Positions 1 to 13,595 of a stretch of DNA of 64,000 nucleotides are shown piece after piece. Source of the stretch: Octopus sinensis (taxonomy: Eukaryota); contig NW_021824834.1 in the NCBI RefSeq assembly GCF_006345805.1, positions 1,648-65,647 of the forward strand. The letters are read 5' to 3'. The notes beneath the pieces were generated by a model. It saw only the letters and a program-made list of their open reading frames with translations. It had not been told where the DNA came from and did no database searches. Made by a program: the position numbers and the translations under genes. The stretch's first letter is position 1. The number at the start of each line of letters is the position of its first letter.

Positions 1-1010
1 CATTCTACAGGGGTGTAGTGGAGGGGAGGTACGACGACGAGCTCAGGGCGAACCTGGACGTCGACGAGGAATACCTGACCCGCCTGTTCGGGACGACTTT
101 CGGGCCAGGGCCCATGGATAACTTCCAGAGATCCCTGGCCTGGCAGTGCTACCGAGAAGCGCTACCCGTTCGGGATAAGCTCTACAGACAGGCTCGAGAA
201 ACACGGGCCCGACCTGCCCGAGATGCGGTCAGAACGACAAACCGTTCTGCACGCACTCTGGTGTCCCACAATTTCCGACCTGTGGGCTTATGTCGAACAA
301 CTGCTGTCACGTGTTGGACGAGTCATTTATCAGCTGAGTCTATCGTCAATATTGTCACGCCTCCTTCCTTCAAACGGGAAGGAGAGCTATTTTCATCACC
401 CTTGTGCTATGGCGAAGAATGTATCTGGTGGACGCGTCTGAAGGATGGAGACAAACACTTTCCTCTCTGGTCAATCTCTCATCAACTTCTTCAAGAACCA
501 CTTGAAAAGGAAAGTGAGAGTAGAGAGGCAAGTTTTGTCTAGCGAATGTTTTAAAAAAAGATGGGTGAATGTAGCAAGGATGCACGTATGAATGACGAAG
601 CCACCTTGAGCATAATCCTATGATCCCAAATTGAAACAGAGGGTTACCCACTTGCAAACAATGTGGTAACATATAACAATTTGACCGAGGTTACCGTGGT
701 CTTTTTCGTAGGCTTTTCTCCCACGGATAAACCTTATCTGCTTCCCCTTTTACACCGTACATATGACACTGTGATACACGATTCCTATTGATCGTTTTTT
801 TTCCTCTTCCCCGTTTTTCCTCTTTTTTCTTTTTCTTTTTTTCTTTTCTTTTGTTTCTTTTCCATTTTTGTTCTTTTTTTCTTTTCCCTTTTACGATCCC
901 TTTTTGATAGAAAACTTACGCCACTTTTTTTTCATCCCCCAAAAGAAAAGTCTCTACTTGTAATTTGTCCCATCTGTGTGCAGCCTGTTGTGGCCAATAC
1001 AGAAACTTAC
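1..1010 (+). mobile_element. L1/Tx1-clade LINE, 3' end of ORF2 plus 3' UTR (frameshifted, runs off window start)
   Basis: Overlapping ORFs 18..542 and 223..441 join into LAWQCYREALPVRDKLY..CPRC..VLHAL..C (ORF2 C-terminal zinc knuckle). A pyrimidine-rich 3' UTR follows. Homologous to 38130-38560. Confidence 0.8.
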
Positions 1011-1046
1011 TATCTATCTATCTCGTGAGCTGAAACTAGATAAAAT

Positions 1047-1094
<48 letters not shown>

Positions 1095-1354
1095 CTATCT
1101 ATCTATCTAGCTAGCTAGGTAGCTATCTATCTGGCAGTCTCTCTGACTGTCTACCTGTATATCTGTGTGTCTGTCTGTCTATGCATGTTTGCTTGTGTGT
1201 CTGTCTACAAATGTATGTAGTATTTATTAACGTATGTATGTATGCATATATGTATCTAAACCTGTGAATTTGTATATTCGTGCATATAATATGCTTTTAT
1301 GCACGAATGTATGCATGTATTTTGTGTGTGTGTGTGTGGTGTGTGTGTGCATGT

Positions 1355-1388
<34 letters not shown>

Positions 1389-1545
1389 TTGGGTGTGTTT
1401 GAGTGTGTTTGCGTGCGTATGTTTATCATCCGTAGTTAAGGGACGGATAAGCGAAAACATACTTCTCTTTGCTCTTGAACGGGTTTCAGTCTTTTGATGA
1501 CGGACATTCACGAGCACCGCCATAACTATATCTCTATATATTGTG

Positions 1546-1599
<54 letters not shown>

Positions 1600-2122
1600 C
1601 ATACTCATACACACACACACACACTCATATATATACATACACACACACATATATATAAATGTATATACATATATACATACATGTATATATATAGATATAT
1701 GCATATATATATGTACATGCATACATGCATACATACAAATATACACACTTACATACAGACATATGTGTGTATATTTATAATTTTCTAGTGGGTTAATGAG
1801 GTCTTTTTTCCGGTCAAAAGGCTTGAAAGCCGTTTCTCCAAGTGTCGGCTGACTTAAGAATTACCTACACAAGTGTAAAAATAACTTCATTTTTATCATG
1901 CACACACACACACACATAATTAAAACTCGTGCATGTGTGTGTGTGTGTGTGTATCTTTGTATGAGTGTGTCCGCGTATGAGAGAGTTTGCCTTATCTCGA
2001 ACGGAGAGCATGTATAAGACTTATGTGAAACGAGGAAACGAGACCGAGCAAACAGAAATATTAAATAAACAACGAGCTATGAGCAACCCATAAGCACACC
2101 TACTCACACTCAATAATGCACA

Positions 2123-2166
<44 letters not shown>

Positions 2167-2254
2167 AAGGGTGGAAAGGAACACACGAGTTGATATATAT
2201 GAAAAAAACAAGTCAAAAATAGAAAATGCTAAGGTAACTTTATAGTGAATCTTT

Positions 2255-2292
2255 CAGTACCGGTTTCGGTCATTTGGAGACCTTTTCAACTG
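2255..2292 (-). ncRNA. Minimal type I hammerhead ribozyme, U3-A8 core variant
   Basis: Minus strand: CAG-UUGAAAA-GGUC(uccaaau)GACC-GAA-ACCGGU-A-CUG. Stem I 3 bp, stem II 4 bp, palindromic helix III, GUA triplet. Confidence 0.7.
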
Positions 2293-2438
2293 TAACGATA
2301 AATAATTAATTTAGAAAAATTAGAAGAAAAGTTTTTTTAAAAGAATATTTCTTGTAGTATGTTCAGGTGTAAGTGGCATTCTGCCTTTCTCTGACTCCCT
2401 TGTTTGCACTTGTGTGTTCGAGGTCGTTTTTATATATA

Positions 2439-2713
2439 TCACGTCACGTGACCGACCAGTCCATCAGATGTAGTTACCCATCGCTGGTCACAATGCGTTC
2501 GCATTGTTTTAGCCTTCGAATGACGCCACCCCGCTGGCTAAACGAGCAGGCCAACAGAAGAAAGAGTGGTGAAGGAGTACAGCAGGGATCACCACCCCCT
2601 GCCGGAGCCTCGTGAAACTTTTAGGTGTTTTCGCTCAATAAACACTCACAACGTCCGGTCTGGGAATCGAAACCGTGAGTCCGCTGCCCTAACCACTGGG
2701 CCATTGCGCCTCC
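2439..2713 (-). mobile_element. tRNA-derived SINE, family C head with tail type 3
   Basis: Head ggcgcaatggcccagtggttagggcagcggactc shared with 13211 and 23116. The sequence diverges after ctccttcaccac and ends ggtcacgtgacgtga. Confidence 0.7.
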
Positions 2714-2739
2714 ACTTATATATGTACGTGTGTGTATGT

Positions 2740-2913
2740 ATGCATGTATACATGTATGTATTTTTTCTTTTGTGATGCTGCGTATGTATGTATATATGTA
2801 TGCATACATGTATGTATACATGCATGTATTTATGTATGTATGTATGTATGTATGTATGTAGTGTTGTGTCTCTGTAAGTATATGTGGTGTAGCTGTATAC
2901 AAGTATATATATT

Positions 2914-2970
<57 letters not shown>

Positions 2971-4522
2971 CTTGTATACACTACACCACATATACTTACA
3001 GAGACACAACACTACATACACATATACATACATACATACATACATACATACATACATACATAAATACATACATACATACATACATACATACATACATACA
3101 TACATACATACATACATACATACATACATACATACATACATACATGTATACATACATGTATGCATACATATATACATATATATCCTTAAGAAAAGTATGA
3201 TGCTCCACCTCCAAAACACAGCCTCTATCTCTGATTCCCAACACGGCTTCGTGCCGAAGATCATGTTTGACCAACTTACTGGTAATGGAAGAATTGTGAC
3301 GCGCATCCTCGATGATAGTGATGCTGTTGACATCGTTTATTGGACTTTGCCAAAGCTTTTGACTCGGTAAACCACCGCCTATTACTTGTCAAGCTTCAAG
3401 CATATAGTTTCCATCCGGATATTGTACGATGGGTTGGTGCCTTCCTCTCAGATCGCTCCTTCCAAGTCCAAGTTAATGGTTCGCGGTCCGACGTCTCAGT
3501 GCGAGCAGTGGCGTGCCTCAAGGTTCAGTGCTTGGGCCCTTATTGTTCTTAGTCTTCATAAATGACTTGCCCGACGACCTCACGCAGCACACCCTTCTAT
3601 TTGCCGACGATATCAAACTGGTCGCTCCTCGCGGTGATATAGAGGATCTTCGTCGATGCCTCCACCAAATTGGAAGTGGTCTAACGAATGGGACCTGTGT
3701 CTGAACGTGTCAAAGTGCTGTCATCTGCCTGTTGGCTCTCCTCCTGCAACTCAACTTGATTTCGACCGGGTCGTTTGCTGCTGGAGAGGACCGATCAGGT
3801 AAAGGACCTGGGTATCTTGGGGGATTCCTCCTTTTCGCCTTCGGCCCAGTGCGTCCATGCTGCCAACAAAGCACGCGGAATTCTGTTCTTGATTCGACGG
3901 TCATTCGGAATGCTCACAGCAGCCATATTCCTACCACTCTATGTCACGCTGGTGAGACCCATATTGGAGTACGGATTCAAGCCTCTTCTCCTTATCTCCT
4001 CAAAGACATACAGCATCTCGAAAGAGTCCAGAAGCTGGCTACTCGCATGGTTCACGGTCTCAAAAATTTGTCCTATCAAGAAAGGCTGAGGACGCTCGAC
4101 CTTTATTCTCTTGAAAACGCCGCCGCCGTGGTGATCTCATTCTCGCCCACAACATCATAAGCGGAAAGTGTAACCTCTCGAAAGAGCTGTTCTTCACTCC
4201 TGCTCCAGAGCGTCGGCTGCGGGGTCATTCCGAAAAGCTCTACCTGCGACGATTTCATCTCAATCGAAGGAGAGGAGCTTTCTCCGTCGGGTTGCGGATC
4301 CGTGGAACAAGCTGCCAGACGAGATGGTGAAGATGCCGACGACCGCTTTGTTCAAAGCCTCCCTTGACCTCAAGTGGCCTGAACTCTTTACATGAACACC
4401 ACCCTGTACTTAACTCCATGTCCCCCTACATGGCCTTGCTATTTGCTTTTGAGCCAAATTAACTAACTAACTAACTAACTAACATACATACGCAGCATCA
4501 CAAAAGAAAAAAATACATACAT
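2740..4522. repeat. Inverted duplication centred on (TA)n, right arm interrupted by a CR1 LINE
   Basis: 2858-2907 is the reverse complement of 2967-3015 (one indel). 2754-2790 is the reverse complement of 4483-4522. Confidence 0.8.
3184..4483 (+). mobile_element. CR1-clade LINE, 5'-truncated RT fragment with frameshifts
   Basis: [42 protein letters not shown] and LERVQKLATRM motifs in adjacent frames, ending in a (TAAC)n tail. Confidence 0.92.
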
Positions 4523-4524
4523 AT

Positions 4525-5198
4525 ATACATGCATACATACACACACATACATACATGCATACATAAATACATATATACATACATACATACATACATACAT
4601 ACATACATACATACATACACACAAACATACATACATACGTACATACATACATACATACATACATAGATACATACATACATACATACATACATACATACAT
4701 ACATACATACACACAAACATACATACAGAGTACCTACAACATACATACATACAACATACATACATACATACATACATACATACATACATCACACAAACAT
4801 ACATACATACGTACATACATACATACATATACATACATATTACATACACAAAACATACATACATACGTACATACATACATACACACAAAATACATACATA
4901 CGTACATACATACACACAAACATACATACATACTACATACATACATACATACATACATCATACATACATACATACATACATACATACATACATACATACA
5001 CACAACATACATACAACATACATACATACATATACATACATACATCATACATACATACATAATACATACATACATACATACATCACACAAACATACATAC
5101 ATACATACATACATACATACATACATACATACATACATACATACATACATACTACATACATACATACATACATACACATACATACATACATACATACC
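4525..5198. repeat. Degenerate (CATA)n microsatellite
   Basis: Direct reading. It is the source of the MYVC-type ORFs. Confidence 0.95.
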
Positions 5199-5694
5199 CT
5201 GTTGCTTTTGTTGAAATTCCAATGTAGGAGCCTCGGATCTGGGTTAGAGACCGACTCTTTGGCAACAAATCTTGAAATAAAACTGAATGACATACATACA
5301 TGTATACAAATATTCATACATATATACATGCATACATACATGCATATTTGTGTTTGTGCACCACCACCGCTGACAACCGGTGTAGATGCGTATACATCCT
5401 CGTAACTTAGCGTTTCAGCAAAAGATACCGATAGAACAAGTACCAGGTTTTAAAAAGAAATCAGTACTGGAGGGTCGAGTGATTCGGCCGAAAATTATTT
5501 TAGGTGGTGCCTCAGCATGGCCGCATTCTCATGACTAAAACAGTTTCCGTCTAACAAATCCAGTCACAAAGCTTTGGTCCACCCGAGGCCATAGTAGGAG
5601 ACACTTGCCCAAAGTGTCACACAGTGGGACTGAACCCGGAACCATATGGATGGGAAGCGAGCTTCTTACCACACAGCCACGTCTGAGAGAATAC

Positions 5695-5918
5695 TCTTAC
5701 TCTCTCTTTTACTCTTTTTCCTTTTTTCAGTCATTTGACTGCGGCCATGCTGGAGCACCGCCTTTAGTCGGGCAAATCGACCCCGGGACTTATTCTTTGT
5801 AAGCCCAGTACTTATTCTATCGGTCTCTTTTGCCGAACCGCTATGTGACGGGGACGTAAACACACCAGCATCAGTTGTCAAGCAATGCTAGGGGGACAAA
5901 CACAGACACACAAACACA

Positions 5919-5990
<72 letters not shown>

Positions 5991-6147
5991 GACAGGCTTC
6001 TTTCAGTTTCCGTCTACCAAATCCACTCACAAGGCATTGGTCGGTCCGGGGCTATAGCAGAAGACACTTGCCCAAGATGCCACGCAGTGGGACTGAACCT
6101 GGAACCATGTGGTTGGTAAGCAAGCTACTTACCACACAGCCACTCCT
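5695..6147 (-). mobile_element. tRNA-derived CORE-like SINE, family A, full length (partial copies at 5365-5680)
   Basis: Head ggagtggctgtgtggtaagtagc, CORE-like accttgggcaagtgtcttc, internal (TA)n(CA)n, tail tgactgaaa..aaaagag. Confidence 0.85.
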
Positions 6148-6756
6148 CAGAAATGTATTGGTATGTAAGATTATTAAAGAAACATAATAGGAATAGAGGT
6201 TTTGGTTTATAGATGTTTTGAGTATAGTTTTGGGCGTTATCAGTGTTATGGTTGGCTGTTTTAAGGCGTCGTACAAGCCACGTAAATAGGATAGTGAGAA
6301 ACTTTTTATTATATTGAAATAACTCTTGGTATGTTCAAAATGCCATGATTGGGTCGTCTTACGTACGTATATATACACATACACACATTCACATATTTGT
6401 ATGGCTGTATGCACATTATATATATGCGCCTCTGTGTATGTGTGCGTGTGTGTGTATGTGCGTGTGTGTGTGCGTGCGTATGTGTGTACATGTATATATA
6501 TATATATATATTATATATATTATATATATATATAATATATATGAGACATACACATTAAAGTGTGTGTGTGCGCGTAAATACAAACTACTGTATCATTTGG
6601 GCACAGGTTATCAGTGAAAAGGTCCATGGTTCACCTACAGTCTCTTGCACTGGCGATGCAAGACATATTTTATATTATCCAAAGCACTTGACTATATATA
6701 CGTGTGCATACTGTGTGCGTTTGTGTGTATGTATGCCTGTATTATATATATATATA

Positions 6757-6800
<44 letters not shown>

Positions 6801-7007
6801 AGTAATATAATAAGAGTAAATAATATCTTTAATGGTTTTTAAAAAAACCAACAATTATTTACTGGTAGATTTCGGCATGTAAATATAACTATTAACGGTA
6901 GGAACTTCTATAAAAGTTCAATATATATAGATATATATATTATATATATATATATCTATATATATATATATATATGTACAATATATATACATATATACAT
7001 GCATACA

Positions 7008-7057
<50 letters not shown>

Positions 7058-7234
7058 TACATACATATATACATGCATATATATATACATATGTATATGC
7101 ATACATAAACACACACACATATACACACACGCACACACACATATATATACATATATATATGTACATGTACACACATATATACACAAACATTTATACACAT
7201 ATGCACGTACAGACAAAAGCGCGCAGGCACGCTT

Positions 7235-7284
<50 letters not shown>

Positions 7285-8649
7285 CACGATTTTTCTCTTC
7301 CTGTTTTTTTCTTCTGGTTTTTCTTCGTTTTCTGTATTCTGTTCTTTCTCTGGAGGTGAGGTCTGCAGAGGCATGGATCCTTGCAGACTGAATATATCTA
7401 AGTCGCCCCTATATTGCGATACCATTCCAACGGCTCCAATAGGAGTTATAGGCTAAGGGAGAAAGTTCCTTTCGTTCGACATCCCACAAGCTCAACGCAG
7501 AATTCCAGATATATACATTCGCAAGAATCAAGCAATGCTCTTGGTAATTATTTAGGTATTGTTCGAATTCTATATGTGCTGTCAAAGCTAACACAAACGG
7601 TGCCTTCTGTTGTTCACAACATTAAGGGTCTCAAATATGTAAAAGAAGTGGAAAATGTAATTATATGATAATAATGCTCCTCGTGGACGTCGAGACAACA
7701 TTAAGAAAATGAAAAGATTTCAAGTGGACTTGAAACTTTCTAGTTACAGATACAGCCCATCAGAAGTTGAGATATTCTTACAGTATTCGTACTTGCCCAC
7801 CTCAAACACCCTAATGATTATTTCCTTTGACCTGATACACGATCTTATGTGGGGTTCTGAGACATAAGTATCTTTTTCTTGAAAGCATCAGCGGAGAAAG
7901 TGGAAGAAATGGGATTCATTCGACAAGGAATTAATGGTGGGATCTCAGTATAAAACTTTTTTGATGTTTTTCGGGTTCTTTATGTTTAGCTCCAGATTAA
8001 ACTTGGTTGATCAAAAATATTCCAATCATCCCTATCTTATCTTGTTTTCAGACAGTGTAAGCAGAAATATATTATCTAATGTTTTGCCTTTTTTAATGAA
8101 AGTAGGATGTGATTTCAAAGAGATAATGAATTTTATTTCTAACTAGTTCAATGGCTGCAAACAGGCCACACTTATGCTCATATTATTGCATCAACGTTCA
8201 ATGACAAATTAGGAAACTTTTTAAGTACCAGAGAAAATTCTAAGTACATAAGAATCTATGGGGATGAAATATAATTAACTTTTTATTTTTACAAATTCAG
8301 AGACGTGACTTAAAGCAGCAAATTAGATAAGTCGTTTGAACGTATGGTAAATTCCCTTACAGTCTCCGTACTCGTTCTGGCCTATTGCATTTTGAGATCA
8401 GTTTTGCTTTTCATCATGTCATAAGTGAGAAATAAAATACCAGTCCTGTACAGGGACGATTCTCTTCTCCCCGCCAATCACTCTTTAAGAGAGAAATTGG
8501 TCGTGATCATGCTTAGTGATGGATGAATTTCACCAGGTCTAAAAATTCCCCAAACATGTCATACACCAAGGCGGTGTCCCTACGTCTTCATTGAGGACTG
8601 AGAAACCAAATCAAGGGGAAAATGTATAAGTTCTATCAAACTACTGTCT

Positions 8650-9110
8650 TTATCCTGATGAACGCAGTAATTAGAAAGGAGATAATCAGGTCGGGTTTCC
8701 ATCTCTGCAAGATACCTCCTAATCTGCAGCGACTATGTGGCACGTGGTCGACCAACACTAGCCGTCAACCGAACCAAATCCCCAGTAAAGAGAATATGAC
8801 CAAACAATCTGAACTGGCGCACCCGAATTATACAAGTAACAGGACACATCCCAGTTTCTGAGTAGAGTCATTAGTTGGATTCGAAATCCGACCAATGGTA
8901 ACCCATAATCCTGTGAAGCATCCTGGTACCAAAGGAGTCCAGGTGGCTCCTAAGGGCCCCAGACAATATTAAAGTCTTGCAGCTATAGAGCAGGACAGTG
9001 GAGTCCACAGACCCAAAGATTCCATCCTTTGTCCTTCTGCTCAGATATATAGGAAGCACAAAACACTCTTGACCAATGAGTATACAGCTGCACCAGCTCG
9101 TCTAAGTCGT
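8650..9110 (-). mobile_element. RTE-clade LINE 3' fragment, decayed
   Basis: VLLYSCKTL..LDSFGTRMLHRIMGYHWSDF and ETG..VTCIIRVRQFRLFGH motifs. Confidence 0.65.
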
Positions 9111-9344
9111 TTTAGGCTTCAGACTCGCAGCTAATACCACAATGAATTTCACTTCCGAGATAAGTGAAGCGGTCAATAACTTCGATATTCTTGCCTACAA
9201 CAGAGACAGACGAGGTAGAGTCCTCCAAGATGCCAACGAAAGACTGGATCTTTGTCTTGGAAGTACTAGAAATTTCAATTTCAAATCAAGGAATCATAAG
9301 GAAATGTTGCTTAGAATTCACATAACATTGTTGTTGTTGTTGTT

Positions 9345-9669
9345 TTTTTTTACTATTAAGAACTTTTATTAAGAACTTTTTTTTACTTATTAAGAACTTT
9401 TATTGAGAACTTTTTTTACTTATTAAGAACTTTTATTGAGAACTTTTTTTTACTTATTACGAAATTTTATTAAGAACTTTTTTTACTTATTAAGAACTTT
9501 TATTAAGAATTTTTTTTACTTATTAAGAACTTTTTTTACTTATTAAGAACTTTTATTAAGAACTTTTTTACTTATTAAGAACTTTTATTAAGAACTGTAT
9601 TTTACTTATTAAGAACTTTTTTTACTTATTAAGAACTTTTTTTAAGAACTTTTTTTCCTTATAAGAACT
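9345..9669. repeat. AT-rich minisatellite, TTATTAAGAACTTTT(T)n units
   Basis: About 18 copies of TATTAAGAAC separated by T-runs, alternating short and long spacing. Confidence 0.9.
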
Positions 9670-9886
9670 CGATAAAATTTCTTCCTGGTCGTAATTTTGT
9701 CATGAATTGGCAGCATGATATAAGCGATAATTATAAAATAATTTTTATATGAAGAGAGACATATCATTAAAATGAGAACAATTACTCTAGAAGATATTCA
9801 TGGAAAGTGTAAGTGCACGCGCGCTCGAGTGTGTATGTGCGTACGTGCGTGTGTGCGTGTGTGTGTGTGCGCGCGTGCGTGTGTGT

Positions 9887-9946
<60 letters not shown>

Positions 9947-10646
9947 ATGCTTCTTCTTTGTGCTTGTGTTTGTCCCCTAACCACCGAGCGACAATCAGTG
10001 TCGTCTACCTAGTTTGGCTAAAGAGACCGATAAAGGTAACTACCAAACGTTAGTAGTTTAGCACTCGAGATTAAAAGCGAGAAACTTCTTGGATTTTGCA
10101 TACAAGTTAATAACTACTTCCAGAGATGTGTTATACATATATGGGGAGGTTGTGTGTATGTGTATGTGTGTACGTATGTTTTATCAAATTTTTTGGAGAC
10201 TTCATCACTGGATGAGGATTCAAATTTGATTGCAGGACGGAATCTTACCCATGAGTAATGTGATCTACACAATCCGATCTGTAATATTCACTTACCTTCA
10301 ACCACCGCCTCTATAAGCACAATGCCTCATACCCGGAAGAGTAAGAAATAAATAATGTTTTCACATTTCGTCAAAAAGTACTAGAAGTAATTTCCGAATA
10401 GGAATTGAAACCGCGTTGTATATGCGGAACATTGACAGACTGTGAATGCACAGCGAATATACAAGGCGACTCTTTCGTTGATAGCATTTATATTGTCGGA
10501 CTAGTGGCGCCACTAGGCTATAAAACCACCCTAGTGTAACTACATATCTGATATTCAGCCAGCCTCAGGTTATGGTTAACACTGTACAGACATGATTGAG
10601 ACTTTCTTTAATGACGGGGGTTCTGTCAATAAAAATGATATGGCCC

Positions 10647-10713
<67 letters not shown>

Positions 10714-11325
10714 CACAAGTACATATAAATATACGTATATGTATACACACACACACACATATATATATATGTGTGTGTTATATATATATGTATATATATA
10801 TATATATGTATATATATATGTATATATATATATTATATATACATATATATATATGTGTGTATATATATATTATATATATATATACAAGTTATATATATAT
10901 ATATACAAGTTATATATATATATAGATATATACACAAAATATATATATATATATATATTATACATACACATACATACATATATATGCATATCTGTGTGTG
11001 TGTATGTGGGGTGTGTGTGTGTGTGTTTGTGTGATGTATGCATGCATGTTTGAACATATTTATATATCAGTGCGTTTATATATTTCTATTCTACAAGCAC
11101 ATACCTATCACACTCTATTATTCTCCCACAGTTAGAACGTGTTTACATGCGCGTCTGTGCGCGTGTGCAAGTGCGTGTGTTTGTGTGTGCGCGTGCACGC
11201 GTGTGTGTGTTTGTGTGCGCGCGCATGTGTATGTGAACGTGTGTGTACGCTGCTGTATTGTCCGCATCAACTGCAACCCCATCGTCCCAGCTAAAATTTC
11301 CATTATTAATATTATAGCCGTCATT

Positions 11326-11680
11326 AAGGCGGCAAGTTGCCAAAATTGTTAGCACATCGAGCAAAATGCTTAGTGGCATTTCGCCTCTCTTTGCGTTCTG
11401 AGTTCAAATTCCGCCAACGTCGACTTTGCTCTTTATCCTTTCGGAGTCGATAAAATAAGTACCTATTTCTTTACTACCCCACAAGGGGCTAAACACAGAG
11501 GGGACGAACAAGGACAGACAAACGTATTAAGTCGATTATATCGTCCCCAGTGCGTAACTGGTACTTATTTAATCGACCCCGAAAGGATGAAAGGCAAAGT
11601 CGACCTCAGCGGAATTTGAACTCAGAACGTAGCGGCAGACGAAATACGTATTTCTTTACTACCCACAAGGGGCTAAACAC
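11326..11680. mobile_element. Two family B SINE copies in opposite orientation (tail to tail)
   Basis: Plus copy aaggcggc..ttctgagttcaaattccgcc..gtcgactttg at 11326-11465. Minus copy with ccccttgtgggtagtaaagaaa tail at 11464-11680. Confidence 0.8.
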
Positions 11681-11921
11681 TGACACTTCACTGACACTAC
11701 TTTCCCCACACCTAAATAATGGGTCTCAATTCGTTACAATTATGAACATTCGGGCTGGTCAATTAACTGAACTGCTTTCCATTTGAACACTGAATTATAG
11801 TGTAAGAATCTGAGGATAGCATATAATCTTAGATCCTGTGTAATCCGAATAAGGTTTTATCCGAGATTCTAGATGATATAGAAGTTCGAGTCCGTATGGT
11901 AAAATAACTAGAGAAAAGATA

Positions 11922-12816
11922 TCTAGCACTCTGTCTGTTACGACGACGCGGGTTCCAGTTGATCCGATCAACGTAACAGCCTGCTCAAGAAACTAACGTT
12001 CAAGTAGCTGAGCAATCCCACAATCATACGTACTCCTAATGTAGTTTTCGGAGAGATTCATCATCATCATCATTGTTCGACCGTAGTCGAGACAATGGAA
12101 TTTACCATGCTACGCCAGACTTCACGGTCCATCATGGCATTACGGAGGTCCTGTTGCTGGATGCCTGTATCCCTGGAGATTACATCAGGGTAGGAGAGTG
12201 TTCGCCCTCTGGTATTGCGAGTAGATGGCTTCCAGAGGAGTAGAGTAGACATTGCCTCGTTTTCAGCTCTACAACAATGTCCAGCAAACTGGACTCTCCT
12301 ACCTTTCACAAGAGATGACACAGGTGGTAGTTTCCCATATATTTGCATTTTGGTTGGATGACGCTTCCACGAGAGATTTTGAGCTCTCATAAGGAGGCGA
12401 GTGTAGGTTCCATCCAACCGCCTCTCAAGCTTCTTTGATAACGTCCAGGTTTCTGAGCCATATAGTAGAATTGGTTCGACTGTGGCTTTGAAGATTTCAA
12501 GTTTGAAGTCTCTACTTAGATTTGATGACCAGATCTTATGCATGTCATTACAGGCTGACCAGGCCATACCCTTTCTAGTTAGAAAATCTTTTCCATATCA
12601 TCATCTGGAAAAGAGAGATTCAGTGTGACACAGAATGTAACAAGGTAGGCCCTTTCAACTATAGGTACAACTCACTTTTGACAACTGAGTTGACTGGATC
12701 AACGTGAAATAAAAATCAAGTGTTTTGCACAAGGACACAACACGCTGCCGTGTATTGAACTCACGACCATACGATCACGAACTGTGTACCCTAACCACCT
12801 AGCCACGCGCCTTCAC
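11922..12816 (-). mobile_element. Family D-head SINE split by an RTE insertion
   Basis: Head gtgaaggcgcgtggc at 12816. The body resumes across the insertion and matches the family C tail 1 (ctgtgtcacactgaatctctccgaaaactac..). Confidence 0.8.
12061..12612 (-). mobile_element. RTE-clade LINE, 5'-truncated, intact 165-aa C-terminal frame
   Basis: ORF 12070..12567 (VEPILLYGSETWTL, RRVQFAGHC, MMDREVWR), (TGA)n tail, 10-bp TSD gagagattca at 12051-12060 and 12613-12622. Confidence 0.92.
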
Positions 12817-13210
12817 TGAAACGATATCAGGCACGAAATAAAAAGAAAAAGAAAAACACAAGACTTCATAGTGTTTAGCTTATAGTTTTATGCAGTAAAG
12901 AAGAAATTAAAAGAAACAAACAAAAAATAATGATAAAATAGTATTCAAAGTTTCGGATAGTGCTTCTTGGAGAAAAAGAATAAAAGAGAAGAACAGAAAG
13001 GAATGGAAGAAGAAAACAAGAACGGTAAGGACAAGCTCCGTAGAAACAGTATAATGGTGTTATTGTAAGGGCCATACTATGCGGCTCTTGGTATCGCTTC
13101 CGATACCTTTGTTGCGTATCAACTCGAAAAGTATCAGGAATCCACTGAGCACAACTGAAGACCAAATGCGATTAGAGATTTATAATATAGTGTTGTAAAA
13201 ATAAAGAGTA

Positions 13211-13595
13211 GAGGCGCAATGGCCCAGTGGTTAGGGCAGCGGACTCGCGGTCGTAGGATTGCGGTTTCGATTCCCAGACCGGGCGTTATGAGTGGTTATT
13301 GAGCGAAAACACCTAAAGCTCCACGAGGCTCCGGCAGGGATGGTGGTGATCCCTGCTGTACTCTTTCACCACAACTTTCTCTCTCACTCTTACTTCCTGT
13401 TTCTGTTTTACCTGTATTTCAAGGGCCGGCCTTGTCACTCTCTGTGTCACGCTGAATATCCCCGAGAACTACGTTAAGGGTGCACGTGTCTGTGGAGTGC
13501 TCAGCCACTTTCACGTTAATTTCACGAGCAGGCTGTTCCGTTGATCGGATCAACCGGAACCCTCATCGCCGTAACCGACGGAGTGCTTCCAAAAA
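13211..13595 (+). mobile_element. tRNA-derived SINE, family C, tail type 1, full length
   Basis: Near-identical to 23116-23500. A-box and B-box-like head, tail ..gtaaccgacggagtgcttcca. Confidence 0.88.

Noticed and set aside
7728-7767. Hammerhead-like motif on the minus strand (actt-CTGATGG..GAAAGTTTC-aagt)
   Set aside because: A9 is replaced by G, helix III is not palindromic and stem II is weak. At most a decayed relic, not counted.
9345-9669. Regularly spaced repeat resembling a CRISPR array
   Set aside because: No unique spacers, no cas genes and a eukaryotic context. It is a minisatellite.
13211-13290. SINE heads as functional tRNA genes (also 20851, 23116, 31840, 44559)
   Set aside because: No complete cloverleaf, and each continues into a repeated SINE body, often with a TSD.
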